A DNA stretch of 63,950 nucleotides, taken from assembly GCA_038087875.1 (NCBI GenBank), contig JAXLNO010003741.1, positions 310,001 through 373,950 of the forward strand, written 5' to 3'. The notes beneath the pieces are model-generated. The model searched no databases. It was not told where the DNA came from and saw only the letters and a list, made by a program, of their open reading frames with translations. This document shows positions 25,750 through 38,214 of the stretch, in pieces. A program made the translations under genes and the position numbers. Origin of the DNA: Malacoraja senta. Lineage: Eukaryota. Each line of letters begins with the position of its first letter. The first letter of the stretch is position 1.

Positions 25750-26370
25750 ACAGTCCTTGCAAGTGAGGCAGAGATTCTCTTGCACCTCCTTCAACCTCAT
25801 TTACTGTATCCGATGTCCAGGTGTGAACTCCTATTTATCGGCGAGACCAAGCGCAGGCTCGGCGATCGTTTCGCTGAACACCACCGCTCAGTATGCCGAG
25901 ACCTACATGATCTCCGGGTTGCTAAACTGTTTAATTCCCCCTTCCATTTCCCATACTCCCATTTTTGTCCTGAGCCTCCTCCACTGTCAGAGTGAGGCAC
26001 AAAGCAAATAGTTGGAACAGCCCCTCATATTTCGCTTGGGCATCGGTGTGAAATTCGACTGCTCTAACTTCATAACCCTTCCTCTCCCTCTCTCTCCACC
26101 CCCCCCCCCCACCATCCTTGTTCTCCGACCAGTCTGAATGTCATCATGTTTAAATTTTACATAAGACGCCTCGTTGTCTGCTTCCACTTGCGAACAATTA
26201 TCCATTTTACATTTTCCTTAAACCTCATCGCCTTTGATCTCTCGTTTTCACACCTTACGCTTCCATGTAAATCGTCTGAAGTATTTCGACCCGAAACGTC
26301 ATCCTTTTTTTCCATTCATAGATGCTGCCTGTCCCGCTTAGTTACTTCCGCATTTTATGTATATATTTAG
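25750..26370 (+). mobile_element. Penelope-like element, GIY-YIG endonuclease end
   Basis: NLIYCIRC / LFIGETKRRLGDRFAEHHRS / VAKLFNSP, followed by the pLTR-type tail. Confidence 0.85.
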
Positions 26371-27377
26371 TGACAATGTAATCTATCTTGCCCCAATTAA
26401 CTAACTTCCCATAACATCCGGATCCGTCCCTATTCAAAACAACCTTCTACCAGCCTCTGCGTAAAATAGAACTTTCTCCGCACATCTCTTTTAACTTCAT
26501 AAACCGAGAATGGATTATTTATTATATGATTCGAGAAGAACTGGGGTGGGTTTTCAGGTTCACTGATTTTAATACAATGTCACTTTCTCTCAAAATATGG
26601 ATGTTAATGTGAACATTAATCAATGCCAATAGTTCCATTTCACCACTGCGTGCAATCTGATCCAGGAATATGACACAATGGATCGTGGATAAATGTTGCA
26701 GACACTTGTTACAGCGAACCGTTCAGCAAATTTGGCAGGAAGCCTGTGTTTTGCCAGGGTTGTTCCAGGGTTGTGCTTCCCGTATAAACACAGAAAAAAT
26801 GAACATTAAACGGATTCAGTTGAGGTGGTGGGGGGAGAGATGGGGGTCGGGTGGTGGGGTTTAATTGGCAGTTGGATGGAGAAAGGCCTGAGATGAAAAG
26901 AGGGAACGTTTAAGCGACATAGCTTAGGGCAGAGGAAACGTAAAATATCAATCCAGAGCAAGGACTATAAGTGGGAGGAGACAGGGGTGGGGATGGGGAT
27001 GCGGTATGGGAAAGGGATAAATGGGTGCACAACGCTAAGAGAGGGGACGCACATGGTTTGAGGCTAAAGTTGTAGAACATGTTGACTTCGAGCAAACAGG
27101 CTGTTCAGTCGCGCTTGAAATCATTTTGAAGAGGTGCTGGGCGCGCTAACTGGGGAAACATACCGGGACCTGAAAGTGAGAATAAATCGGACAATGGTAT
27201 ACAATCTATTTCCATGAAGATTCCTGTGCCCGCTGTGGATGGAATCGAACGCACATGATAGAGTCAACTTCTGAAAGAATACGACACGATACGATGCGAT
27301 AGAACTTTATATATCCCAGGATGGAAATTGATCGAATAGAGAGAGGGGCAGCAGCCTATCCTAACCCCATTTGCAGG

Positions 27378-28267
27378 CTACTGCCTCGCCGGTTTATTGG
27401 GTTTAATATCAGCCCGAGTTAAATGTTTAACCGCGTTCTTCACCTCCAGCCTGAGTTTCCTCTGTCATCCCGTAGATACAAGTGTTGCCGCAGGAGCTGG
27501 TGTGCATGAGCAAGACGCCCACGTCATTGGCGATGTAAGATGGTCTTGTTTGATTCCCGCCAACACAATTCTCAGTGACGCGAGTACAGACGAAGTGTCA
27601 CAGCTACCGTTGTCCATAACTGTATGTGGGCGCCGGGGACGGTGAAAAGGAAAACGACGGACTTTCGCCGATTCTCCGCCTCGTTGTCTTTGCGTTCCAG
27701 AGACATCAGACGCCGACGGACTCTGCTCGCTGCTACGATGTTCCTGACAGTCAGTCCGTTGAAGAAGATGATTAGAAAGAAGGAGAGGAAGGAGATAGAT
27801 ATCGAGGAAAAAAACATCCACCGGGTGGTAGTGAAGTAGGCGGATTTGGGCCGGTGCCCCCAGTTCACACTGTCCACGGTATAGCGGGGCGCGTCCATGA
27901 GGTGAAAGGGGATGTACTTTATGCAGCACAGCACGCACATGGATACAATGATCATGTCGGCCGTCCTGTCCGTGCAATAGATGAGTTTCAACTCTGGCAA
28001 CAAATACAGGCAAAACGGTCAAAGGTGAAGGCCACGGTTGTCCAGACGGAATAGTCCAGCGTGATGATCCGCATGTATATATTGGAAGGACAAATTGCGC
28101 TGAAGGAGAGCAAGGGATGAGGGACACAGTAAATATATATTTCCCGGATTAACACGTGGAAGATGAGAACGTGGAGGTCCGCGATTGCCATCGCCACCAT
28201 GTACCGGGCGATTCCTCTGGAGAGGCCACTATTTCCCCGGTACAAGATCGCAGCCGTTAGCAGTTCG
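27378..28267 (-). pseudogene. GPCR copy B exon 2, frameshifted pseudogene
   Basis: A 1-nt deletion right after the acceptor gives CG AAC TGC TAA. Further frameshifts at ~27995 and ~27590. Pieces are in ORFs 27988-28440 and 27572-28003. Paralogous ARQ-TAG end at 27378. Confidence 0.9.
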
Positions 28268-28509
28268 CTGGGGGAATAACAAGGTGTAGCAAAATTAACA
28301 TTTAAATGGATCCACTGATGTAATGGAGTTAAAGTTACAGTTGAGTATTGCAAAGTGCGATAGCACTTGACGAGACGAATCACAAGAGCACTTAGAAGTA
28401 ATAAAACGAGTCTCTTTCCAGAGCAACAATCACATGGCATTCAATGGCACTTTACGCTGGCGAGGGGTTGCAAAATAAATCATTCTTAAAAATTAAATTT
28501 GCCTCTCTC

Positions 28510-29620
28510 AGCGGAACTGGCAGCATTTCTGGAAACAAGGAATGGGTGACGTTTCGGGTCCAGACCCTTCTTCAGACTGGGTAGGGATAAGGGAAACGAG
28601 AGATATAGACGGAGATAAAGAACAATGAATGCAAGATATGCAAAAAAGTAACGATGGTAAAGGAAACAGGCCATAGTTAGCTGTTTTTAGGGTGAAAATG
28701 AGAAGCTAGTACGACTTGGGTGGAGGAGGGATAGAGTGAGAGGGAATGCCGGGGCTACCTGAAGTGAGAGAAAGCAACATTCATACCAGTGGGCTGTAAG
28801 CTGCCCAAGCGAAATATGAGATGGTGTTCCTCTAATTTGCGTTTAGCCTCACTCTGACAGCCGAGGAGACCTAGGACAGAAAGGTCTGTGCAGGAATGAG
28901 AAGGAGAATTAAAGTCTTTAGCAACCAGGAGATCAGGTAGGTTCAGGCAGGCTGAGCGAAGGTGTTCCACGAAACGATCGACCAGACTGCGTTTCGTCTC
29001 GCCAATGTATAAGAGTCCACATCTTGACCGACGGATACAGTAGATGTTGGAGGATGATACAAATGAACCTCTGCCTACTTGAAAGGACCGTCGGGTCCCT
29101 AGACAGAATTGAAGAAGGAGGTACAGCGATAGGTGTTGCATCTTCTGCGGCTGCAGGGGAAGGTACCTGGAGAGGGGCTGGTTTGGGTGGTAAAGGTTGG
29201 ATTAACCAGTTAGTTGCGGAGGGAACGGTCTCTGCGGAAGGAGGAAAGTGGTGGAGATGGGAAATGTGGCTAGTGGTGGAATCCCGTTGGAGCTGACGGA
29301 AATTTCGGAGGATTATGCGTGCTGATGGGCTGGATATTAAGGACGATGGGGGCTCTGTCTCTGTTGTGATTAGGGTGGGGGGAGCAAGAGCCAAGCTGTG
29401 GGGTACAGTGGGGACACTAGCGAGGGCCTTATCTATGATGGGAGGGGGGAACCCCCGTTCCTTAAAGATTGAGAACACCTCAGATGTCCTAGTATGGAAC
29501 ATTTCATATTGGGCGCAGATGCGGCGTAGACGGAGGAATTGGGAGTAAGGGATAGAGTCTTTGCAGGAAGCAGGGTGGAAAGAAGTGTAGTCGAGATAGT
29601 TGTGGGAGTCAGTGGGTTTC
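28510..29620 (-). mobile_element. Penelope-like element (RT C-terminus plus GIY-YIG), disrupted
   Basis: SNIYCIRRSRCGLLYIGETKRSLVDRFVEHLRS, plus upstream SIPYSQFLRLRRIC and FKERGFP motifs. Confidence 0.88.
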
Positions 29621-29899
29621 TGATTTAAGGTAATCGATCTGAACCTTTAACTCTGTTTCTTTACCAGATAACAATTTAAAAAAAACATTGTGGAATCACG
29701 CAGAAAGTCAGGTGGTATTTGCCAAAAGTTCGGACGTTAGGTCCAAGAACCATCAGCTGAACTAACGGTGCGCATCAGAGATAGAATGCATGAGGTCTGT
29801 CTTGTAACATTGACTCCGTTACTCCATGCAACGATGCTGCCTATTTTCCAACATATTCTGATTCGATTTCAGAACTAGAGCATTTGCCGCGTTCTGTTT

Positions 29900-30203
29900 C
29901 AGTCTAGTTTAGAGATACAGCGCGGAAACAGGCCCACCGAGTCCATGTCGACCAGCGATCCCGGCACATTTACTGTATCCTACACACACAAGGGACAATT
30001 TACAGTTATACCATGCCAATTAATCAACAACCCTTGTGGCTCTTTGGAGTATGGGAGGAAACCTGAGTTCTCGGAGAAACCCCACGCAGATCACGGGGAG
30101 AACGTACCAACTCCGTAGATTCATACAACATCCGTAGTCAGGATCAAACCCTGTTTTCTGACGGATATAAGGCAAGAACTGTACCGCTACACAACCGTCC
30201 CGC
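29900..30203 (-). mobile_element. HE1-like SINE
   Basis: Reverse complement of the SINE consensus (GTTTAGAGATACAGCGCGGAAACAGGCC...). Confidence 0.7.
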
Positions 30204-31214
30204 CTTATATCACCGCGACTCCATTTCCGTGCGGCGATTCCTCTTTTGGTTTGGCAACGAATCAAAAAATAAAGAAAAGGGAAAAAGATGGGATCTGAAA
30301 TTCGATCAATTAGTGCTGAGGACACTCGGTCATTCGCGCTGCATCTACGCAGGGAAAGCTGATTTAATACTTCAGTGCTTTACGATGCAGGGAAGGGGTC
30401 AACCTGCGAGAGAACAAAGTCGTGTCTGCTGGGACAAACAACAGGGGACATCGAATATACCGAGGTTAGTTGGGAAGTTGACAGTGAAAGTATATTATTG
30501 GCGGATGAACAGACTGGGGGCAAAGTACATAGAAGGGGGAGGTGATATAGATCATAATTCACCTCGTTATACTTACACGTTCAGGCCGATTAAGATTCGT
30601 TCACCCTCAGTCAGCCCCTACCCCCATCCCTTGCGAACATGTTAAATTCGAAACAATGTAATGTTGGAGGCAAAAAGAACTGCAGGTTCTGGAATCACGC
30701 GTAGAACGCAAGGTGCTCATGTGAGCCAACGGGCCAAGCAGCATCCACGGAAAACGTGGAAATGTTCTTTCGAGTTTGTAAAACATAAAGTGCTAGTATG
30801 ACACAGTGGCCCGACGAAAGTGTACCACTCGAGGCGACGCCTATTTATATCCTCCAGGGATGCTGCCTGACCCTTTGCATTACTCCAGCATTCTGCTTTC
30901 AAATGTAATGTTCTACGTCTCATACCAAGCACCTCTTTAAAGTTGTCTTCTGCAATCTCGATCTCATCCTCGAGCCCACAGAACCGAGATGCCAATTTTC
31001 ATTCCATGTTGCACTCTTCAGAAGGTCATCAAATTAATTATCCCAACATCCTGTGCTCCAGAATGTTGAGTTCGCGTTTATCTTCATTCAATCCTCCTTT
31101 GGAAACGCCGCTTTAAATCCAGGTGTTGTCCAAGCTTTGGACATCTGCTGCATATCTTCTATTCTGTTCCCTGTCTATCCATTTGTGCACGGTGACGGTG
31201 ATCCCGCAAAAGAA

Positions 31215-32845
31215 ATGAGTGTGCAAAATTGGAGCACATGGTATTTGGTGTAAGGCATTGACATGGATGGAGAACTGCTTGGCAGACAATAAGCAAAGCG
31301 TGGGAATTAATAGGTCATTTTCAGAATGGCAAGCAGTGATTAGAGGGGTGCCGCAAGGCTCGATGCTAAGACCCCAGTTATATCAGCGAATTAAACGAGA
31401 TAATTCAATGTAACATCTCCAGGTTTGGGGATGACAGAGAGCTGGGAGGCAGTGTGAGCTGCTTATGAGGATGCTATGAGGCTGCACGGTGAATTGGATA
31501 GGTTGGATGAGTGGACAGATGCATGGCAGGTGCAATATAATGTGGATAAATGTGAGGTTGTCCATTTTGGTGGCAAGAACAGGAAGGCAGAATATTTTCT
31601 GAATGGTGTCAGATTAGGAAAAGGGGAGTTGCAACGAGACCTGGGGGTGCTTGTAAATCAGTCACTGAAGGGCAGCATGCGGGTACACTAGGCTGTGAAG
31701 GAAGCTAATAGCGTGTTGGCCTTCATTGCGAGAGGATTTGAGTTTGGGAGCAAGGAGGTCCTACTGCATTTCAGAATCAGAATCAGAATCAGAATCACAC
31801 TTTATTCGCCAAGTATGTTTTGCAACATACGAGGAATTTCATTGGCCAGTCATACAATTAAAAGTAACAGCTCACACAAAAACACATTTTAACATGAACA
31901 TCCACCACAGTGACTCCTACACATTCCTCACTGTGATGGAAGGCGAAATAAAGTTCAAGTCCTTTCCCTTAGTTCTTCCACGGTCGTGGGCCTCGAGCCC
32001 CCGTTGACGCGATGATCTTGACTCCCGTAGCCGGCGGCGTTCGGGCCCTCCGCGTCAAGGCGATCCACTCTCGCATCGGGTGGATGTCAGCTCCCCCGCG
32101 CCGGGCGATCTAACCTCGCGTCGGGACTGGTCGAACCTTCTGCGGCGTTGGAGCTCCCGATTAGCCTTACCGGAGACTAAAAGCCCTTGATGGTAAGTTC
32201 GCCGTGGTCGCGGTGGGAGCGATCCCAGGCAAAGGATCGGCTCCGATGTTAAATCCGCGCCCCGCGATGGGGCTCACGACAGTCCGAGGAGCCTTCCAGC
32301 TCCAGCGATGGAAGGCCGCAGAGCCCAGAGAATGTGATCCGAAAATCAATCACATCTCCGGGAATGTAGGAACTTGAAAAAAAAGTTTCCCTCATTCCCC
32401 TCCCCCCACATAAAACAATCCGAAGAACATTAAAACAAATTTAACAAACGCTAAAAAAATTAAAAAAATCTTATAGTAACATACATTTCTTAAAGGATTC
32501 GACAGGCTAGATGCAGGAAAATGTTCCAGATGATGGGGGAGTCCAGAACCAGGGGTCACAGTTTAAGAATAAGAGGTAGGCCATTTGAGACTGAGGAAAA
32601 TAAAACAAATTTCACCCAGAGAGTTGTGAATCTGTAGAATTCTCCGCCACAGAAGGCAGTGGAGGGCAATTCACTGCTTGTTTTCAAGAGAGGGTAGGGC
32701 TAAATGAATCAAGGCATACGGGAAAAAGCAGGAACGGGGAACTGATTTCAGATGATCAGCCATGATCGTACTGAATGGCGGTGCTGGCTCGAAGGAGCGA
32801 ATGGACGACACCTGCACATATCTTGTCTATGTTTGTATGTTTCTA
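31215..32845 (+). mobile_element. CR1 LINE fragment interrupted by a second retroposon
   Basis: GVPQGSML, QYNVDKCEVVHFG and QRDLGVLV motifs at 31219-31691. The 3' end resumes at ~32470 and finishes CTATGTTTGTATGTTTCTATG. Confidence 0.8.
31771..32465 (-). mobile_element. GC-rich non-autonomous retroposon with (CAGAAT)n tail, nested in CR1
   Basis: (TCAGAA)4 followed by CACTTTATT. Shares its 3' block with 14670-14965 and 37097-37970. Confidence 0.6.
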
Positions 32846-33377
32846 TGCTGCAATGCGTATGAGGGTGCTTTGTTCTGTATTTATCGCACTGCGCGTTACT
32901 GTTAAGTGCAGGAGATGATGGAACAGGCTGCCATAGTATTTTGCTCGTTTCCAATATCTGTGTCTCTCCCATGAGTTATAATCGTAATGTACACATAAAA
33001 CCCCTTCAGCACACTGAGGCTGTGCCAACCATTGTATTTCTCTCCAGATGAAAAGTCTTGACTTGAAACATCGATTGCCCATTTTCCTCACATATACTGT
33101 CCCGCCTGCGGAGATCGTGCAGCACTTGGTTCTGGTTCCAGATTTCAGACTCTTAATTATTTTGTGTCTACGTTGTATGTACCTTTATCCGTGCCTCAGT
33201 CCAAGATTGAAATATTTGTTTGATACCTCTAAAATGGCGCTGGAGACTCCATCACCCACTTAAGCAGCACGTTCCTGATTTCAGGCACCCTATGAAATTA
33301 ACGTGGATGAGTCCAAACTTTTCCATAGCTAAATAAAAAGTAACAGAACTAATGTCACTGGTCAGTAGAATGACGAG

Positions 33378-33757
33378 CCCGCCCTCTCCACGCCCGCCGA
33401 GACTGACAATCTAGCAACTTACCCCCCCCCCCCACACCGCTGCGACACTATCATTATAGCCACTCCCCATCCACACACACAGCGCCGACATTGACACTCC
33501 AGCCATTTCCCTCCACCCCCCCCCCCCCACACTGCGCCGACAGACACTCTAGCTACTCCCGCCCCATCCACACCGCGCCGACACTGACTCTATAGCCACT
33601 CCCCCTTCCGCACTGCGGCGACACTGACACTATAGCCATTCCTCCCGCTCTCCAAACCTCGCGACACTGACACAATAGCTACTCCCGCCCTCTCCAAACC
33701 GCGCCGACACCGACACTGCAGCCACTTACCCACCGTACACAGCCACGTTTCTGGCGG
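33378..33757. repeat. C-rich minisatellite, ~45-55-bp unit (CCGCGCCGACACTGACACTATAGCCACTCCC...)
   Basis: About 7 degenerate copies running into an N gap. Confidence 0.85.
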
Positions 33758-33950
33758 NNNNNNNNNNNNNNNNNNNNNNNNNNNNNNNNNNNNNNNNNNN
33801 NNNNNNNNNNNNNNNNNNNNNNNNNNNNNNNNNNNNNNNNNNNNNNNNNNNNNNNNNNNNNNNNNNNNNNNNNNNNNNNNNNNNNNNNNNNNNNNNNNNN
33901 NNNNNNNNNNNNNNNNNNNNNNNNNNNNNNNNNNNNNNNNNNNNNNNNNN
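33758..33950. other. Assembly gap
   Basis: N run. Confidence 1.
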
Positions 33951-33955
33951 TAGCT

Positions 33956-34058
33956 TCGTGTATATGTATGGTTGTGCGGTGTTGTGCACGCGCGTGTGTG
34001 AGTGCGTGTGAGTGTGTGTATACGTGTGTGTAGACTCGTGTATGTGTATGGTTGTGTT
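33956..34058. repeat. Degenerate (TG)n microsatellite
   Basis: GTGTGTGAGTGCGTGTGAGTGTGTG... Confidence 0.75.
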
Positions 34059-34535
34059 TTCATCAATTACTACATTAATGAGTAATGGAAGTAGAATTAG
34101 TTAATTCAGCACAACGAGTCTACTCCGCCATTCAATCACGGCTGATCTATCTTTCTCTCTCAACCCCGTTCTCCTGCCTTCTCCCCATAACTTTTCCACC
34201 ATTACTAATCAAAAACCTGTCAATCTCCGCCTTAGAAATACCCGATGACATTGCCCTCCATAGCCGTCAGCACCCTCTGACTAAAGAATCCCTCCTCATC
34301 TCTTAACAAAAGGTACTGGATATCTTTTATTCCGATGCTGTGCCCTCTGATCCTAGACCCTCCCACTCGTGGAAAAGTCGTCTTCATATCCACTCAATCC
34401 AGACCTTTCGCTGTTCGGTCAGTTTCAATAAGGTCTCCCCTCATCCTTCCAAACACCATCGCGCACCCAGCCCAGTACATTCAAACGCTCATCACAAGCT
34501 CGGCGCCGGCATAGCCATCATCAGATATGGGGGCC

Positions 34536-34724
34536 NNNNNNNNNNNNNNNNNNNNNNNNNNNNNNNNNNNNNNNNNNNNNNNNNNNNNNNNNNNNNNNNN
34601 NNNNNNNNNNNNNNNNNNNNNNNNNNNNNNNNNNNNNNNNNNNNNNNNNNNNNNNNNNNNNNNNNNNNNNNNNNNNNNNNNNNNNNNNNNNNNNNNNNNN
34701 NNNNNNNNNNNNNNNNNNNNNNNN
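34536..34724. other. Assembly gap
   Basis: N run. Confidence 1.
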
Positions 34725-35569
34725 AATGCGCCGGCGCGTTTCTCTGACACTGGGGCACTGGAGGGCGTCGCGCAATGGGATGAATTGATGTTACACGAAA
34801 TCATTTGTAATAGAATGAGTGATCTGCATACTAAATGCGAAAGAAAACGGAATGGGCAATAGGAGCCGAAACATCATTAACGGTCCATAAAACATGGCCA
34901 GTGAAACATGGCCAAACATAATGCTACGTTAAATAAATCTCCTTTGGCTCCCCATGTTCCACATACCTCCATTCCCTACATATCAATGTGCCCATACAAA
35001 TGTCCCTTAATTGCCTTAATGTAATCCAATTCCGCCACCACCCTCGGCAAAACGCCTAGACTCCTCCGCCCTCTCTGTAAAAAAATAACGCCCCGCAACC
35101 TCCTATAAACACGAGACATTTACTCGCTCATCATACACTGGGTCAAAGAAAGAACTTTCACGTCGCGGCCCTGCTTTCACCAATCTTTCCACCACCACGT
35201 ACAAGAAGCCCAGGAATCGTAAGGCATTCACCATTGTATGCAGAGAAGTGCGTTCTGCTCTCGCTGAACAACTTCTATTCTTGCGTGTGGACTCGATAAG
35301 AAGAAGATCATACGCTGAAAAATTGTTAGATATGATGTGAATCGAAAAAAACTGGGTAGGGAATTCAGATGTAGTCATTTTAATCTATTGTCTTTTCTCT
35401 CTCAATATGTCGGTCAATATCGAATTTAATTATTGTTAATAGTTTTATTGCACATCAGCGTACATTCAGAACTAAGAAATATGACTTAAAGGCTTGTGGC
35501 GAGAGGACTGCAGGGCACTCGAGTAGAACCATTACGATCCCGGAAACACTGCGACATGAAGGACATGAT

Positions 35570-36095
35570 AACCCTTGGCTATCTGGACTACACTTCTTCC
35601 CATCCTGCTTCCTGTAAGGACTCCATCCCCTACTCCCAATTCCTCCGTCTAGGCCGCATCTGCTCCCAGGATGAGGTGTTCCACACCAGGGCATCGGAGA
35701 TGTCCTCATTCTACAGGAAACGGGTGTTCCCCTCTTCTACCATAGATGCGGCTCTCACCAGGATTTCTTCGATTACCCCGTGACGCAGCTCTCTCTCCCC
35801 ATCCCCCCCACTCGTAACAAGCGCAGAGTCCTCCTAGTCCTCACCTTCCACCCTACCGCAGAGTCCCTCTAGTCCTCCACTTCCACCGTCACGTACAACA
35901 AATAATCCTCCGTCATTTTCGCCACCCCCAAACGTGACCCCACCACTTGCCACATCTTCCCATCTCCTCCTCTGTCTGCTTTCCGCAGAGACCGTTCCCT
36001 CCATAACTCCCTGGTCCATTCGTCCCTTCCCACCGAACCACCCCCTCTCCGGGCACTTTCCCTTGCAACCGCAAGAAATGTTACACTTGTCGCTT
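35570..36095 (+). mobile_element. Penelope-like element fragment
   Basis: YLDYTSSHPASCKDSIPYSQFLRLGRICSQDEVF (PLE RT C-terminal motif). Confidence 0.82.
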
Positions 36096-37096
36096 TCCGT
36101 TCCTTTACCCGACAACAAATAACAAAAACAACATTGAGGAAAAACGCCGAAAGTCAAGGTGTACTTGTCAAAAGTTCGATTTCAAACCTAGAGCACTTGC
36201 CGCTCCGACTCAATTTCTTGCACCGCGCGGCGAATCCTCTTTTGGTTTAGCAACGAAATAAAAAGGGAAAACGTTGGGATCTGAAAGTGGCCCAATTAGT
36301 GCTGAGGACACTCGGCTATTCGGGCTGCGTCTACGCAGGAAAAGCAGATTTAACATTTCAGTGTTTTATGATGCAGGGAAGGGGACGACCTGAGAAAGAA
36401 CAAAGTTGTGTCTGCTAGGACAAACACCAGGGAGATCGAATATACCGAGGGTACACATGTTGGGTAGGTGAGGGTGAAAGTTTATTATTGGCGGATTTCA
36501 CCTCGTTTTATTTACACGTTCACGCCGATTAAGATTCGTTCACGCTCATTCAGCCCCCACCCCCATCTATTGCGTGCAAGTTAAACTCGAAACAATGTAA
36601 TGTTGGAGACAAAAAATAACTACAGGTTCTGATATCACGCGGAGGGCACAAAGTGCTCTTGTAAGTCAACGGGTCAAGCAACTTCCACGGAAGACGTGGA
36701 AAGTTTACGTTTCGAGTTTGTCGAGCACAGAAGTGCTGGAATAACACAGTGAGCCGACGATAGTGCAGAATTGTACGGCTCGTGGCGACCAGAGATGCTG
36801 CGTGTCCTCGAGAGATGCTGCATGACCATTTGCATTCAGCATTTTGCTTTCCAATGTAATGTTCTACGCCTCATACCAAGCCCCTCTTTAAGTTTGCCTC
36901 CTGCGATCACTATCACACCGTCCAGCCCACAGACCGAGATCCTAATTCTCCTTCAATGCTGCAGAAACCCATCAAATTAATTATTCCAAGATCATGTGTT
37001 TTTCCATTCTTCTTTTAAAAACGCCGCATTAAATCCACGTGATGTCCAAGCTTTGGACATCTGTCCACATACATCATATTATATTCCCTGTCTATC

Positions 37097-37970
37097 CGCT
37101 AGCCACCCGACGTCTCCATCGGGTGGCGCCATGGTAGTGGCTGCCTCGCCAGCAGCTGTTCGTCCTTTAACCCTTTTAGTTATTTTTAGTATGTCAAAAA
37201 GTATGTTCTAAATATTTCTTAGTCTTTTTTTATGTGGGGTGGGGGAGGGGGATACGGGGAAACCGTTTCCTAGTCACTTACCTGGACGGAGATGCGTCTT
37301 TTCTCCATGTCGCATCTTCGCCCCTCACCCATAGCGGCCTACCAACTGGATTGGCGCGGCCGTTCCAACCGGCGAGCGGCCAGAGCTTCAGCGACGGCGC
37401 AGCACTGAATTACCATCGCGGAGCGGGACGATGCCTTGCGGGGGATCGCCTGTGTTGGAGCTCCGGAGTGCTGGGCTTAGTGACTTTAACACGGTGGAGC
37501 TGTGGTTTGCGGAGCTTCCAGCCGCGGACGGCGCTGCCTTTAACATAGCGGAGTCCTGGGATCCCTCGCCGGGGTCGCCAATGTTGGAGCTCGGTCTGTA
37601 GACTCGGAAGCCAGTCTCCGGTTGGAAGCGGCCGATTACGAAACTCCAAGCCGCTGAGTGTGTTATTCTGTTCCGATGCCGGAGCTCCGAACATCCCTGC
37701 GAGAGGGACTGTATTTCGGGCCGTCCGCAGCGGCGACTGCAGAGCGTTCAAAGGCCCAGACCACGGGTGATCAAAGAGGAAGATGACTGAACTTTATTGC
37801 CTTCCCTCACAGTGGGAAACGTTGATTCAGCTGTGTGGGGATGTTCATGTTAAATTCTATCGTGTATTGTGTTCTTTTTATTCGCATGGCTGTATGGGAA
37901 ATCAAATGTCACTGTACCAATTGGTGCATGTGACAATAAATGTAACTTGAACTTGAACTTGAACTTGAAC
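37097..37970 (+). mobile_element. GC-rich non-autonomous retroposon with (CTTGAA)n tail
   Basis: Ends GACAATAAATGTAA(CTTGAA)n. The flanks rejoin as CTGTCTATCC|ACTTATGCACAGTGACG, matching the uninterrupted paralogous site at ~31172-31198. Confidence 0.7.
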
Positions 37971-38144
37971 TCCACTTATGCACAGTGACGCTATTGCAAT
38001 GCGTATGAAACTGCATTTTCTGTGTTGACCGCACAGCGGATTATTGTAAAGTGCAGAACATGATGGAACAGGCTGTCAGAATACTCACGGTCTGTCAGGA
38101 GGAAGCAAAGCAACAACGCATTAAACAATCTCATCACAGCTTAC

Positions 38145-38214
38145 CAGGGATACCAAACGCAGCCAGGATCCGATAGGTAATTTCATTGACGTACAAGATT
38201 GTGGCCCGTTCCAC
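38145..38214 (-). pseudogene. GPCR copy C orphan exon 1 (start codon ATG>GTG; VERATILYVNEITYRILAAFGIP)
   Basis: 70-nt homologue of 18956-19025 with an intact GTAAG donor and upstream promoter block (38270-38400). The start is GTG, the conserved YP is changed to YR, and no cognate exon 2 is visible. Confidence 0.8.

Noticed and set aside
33378-33757. Regularly spaced repeat resembling a CRISPR array
   Set aside because: Eukaryotic context, degenerate units, no unique spacers and no cas genes. It is a minisatellite.
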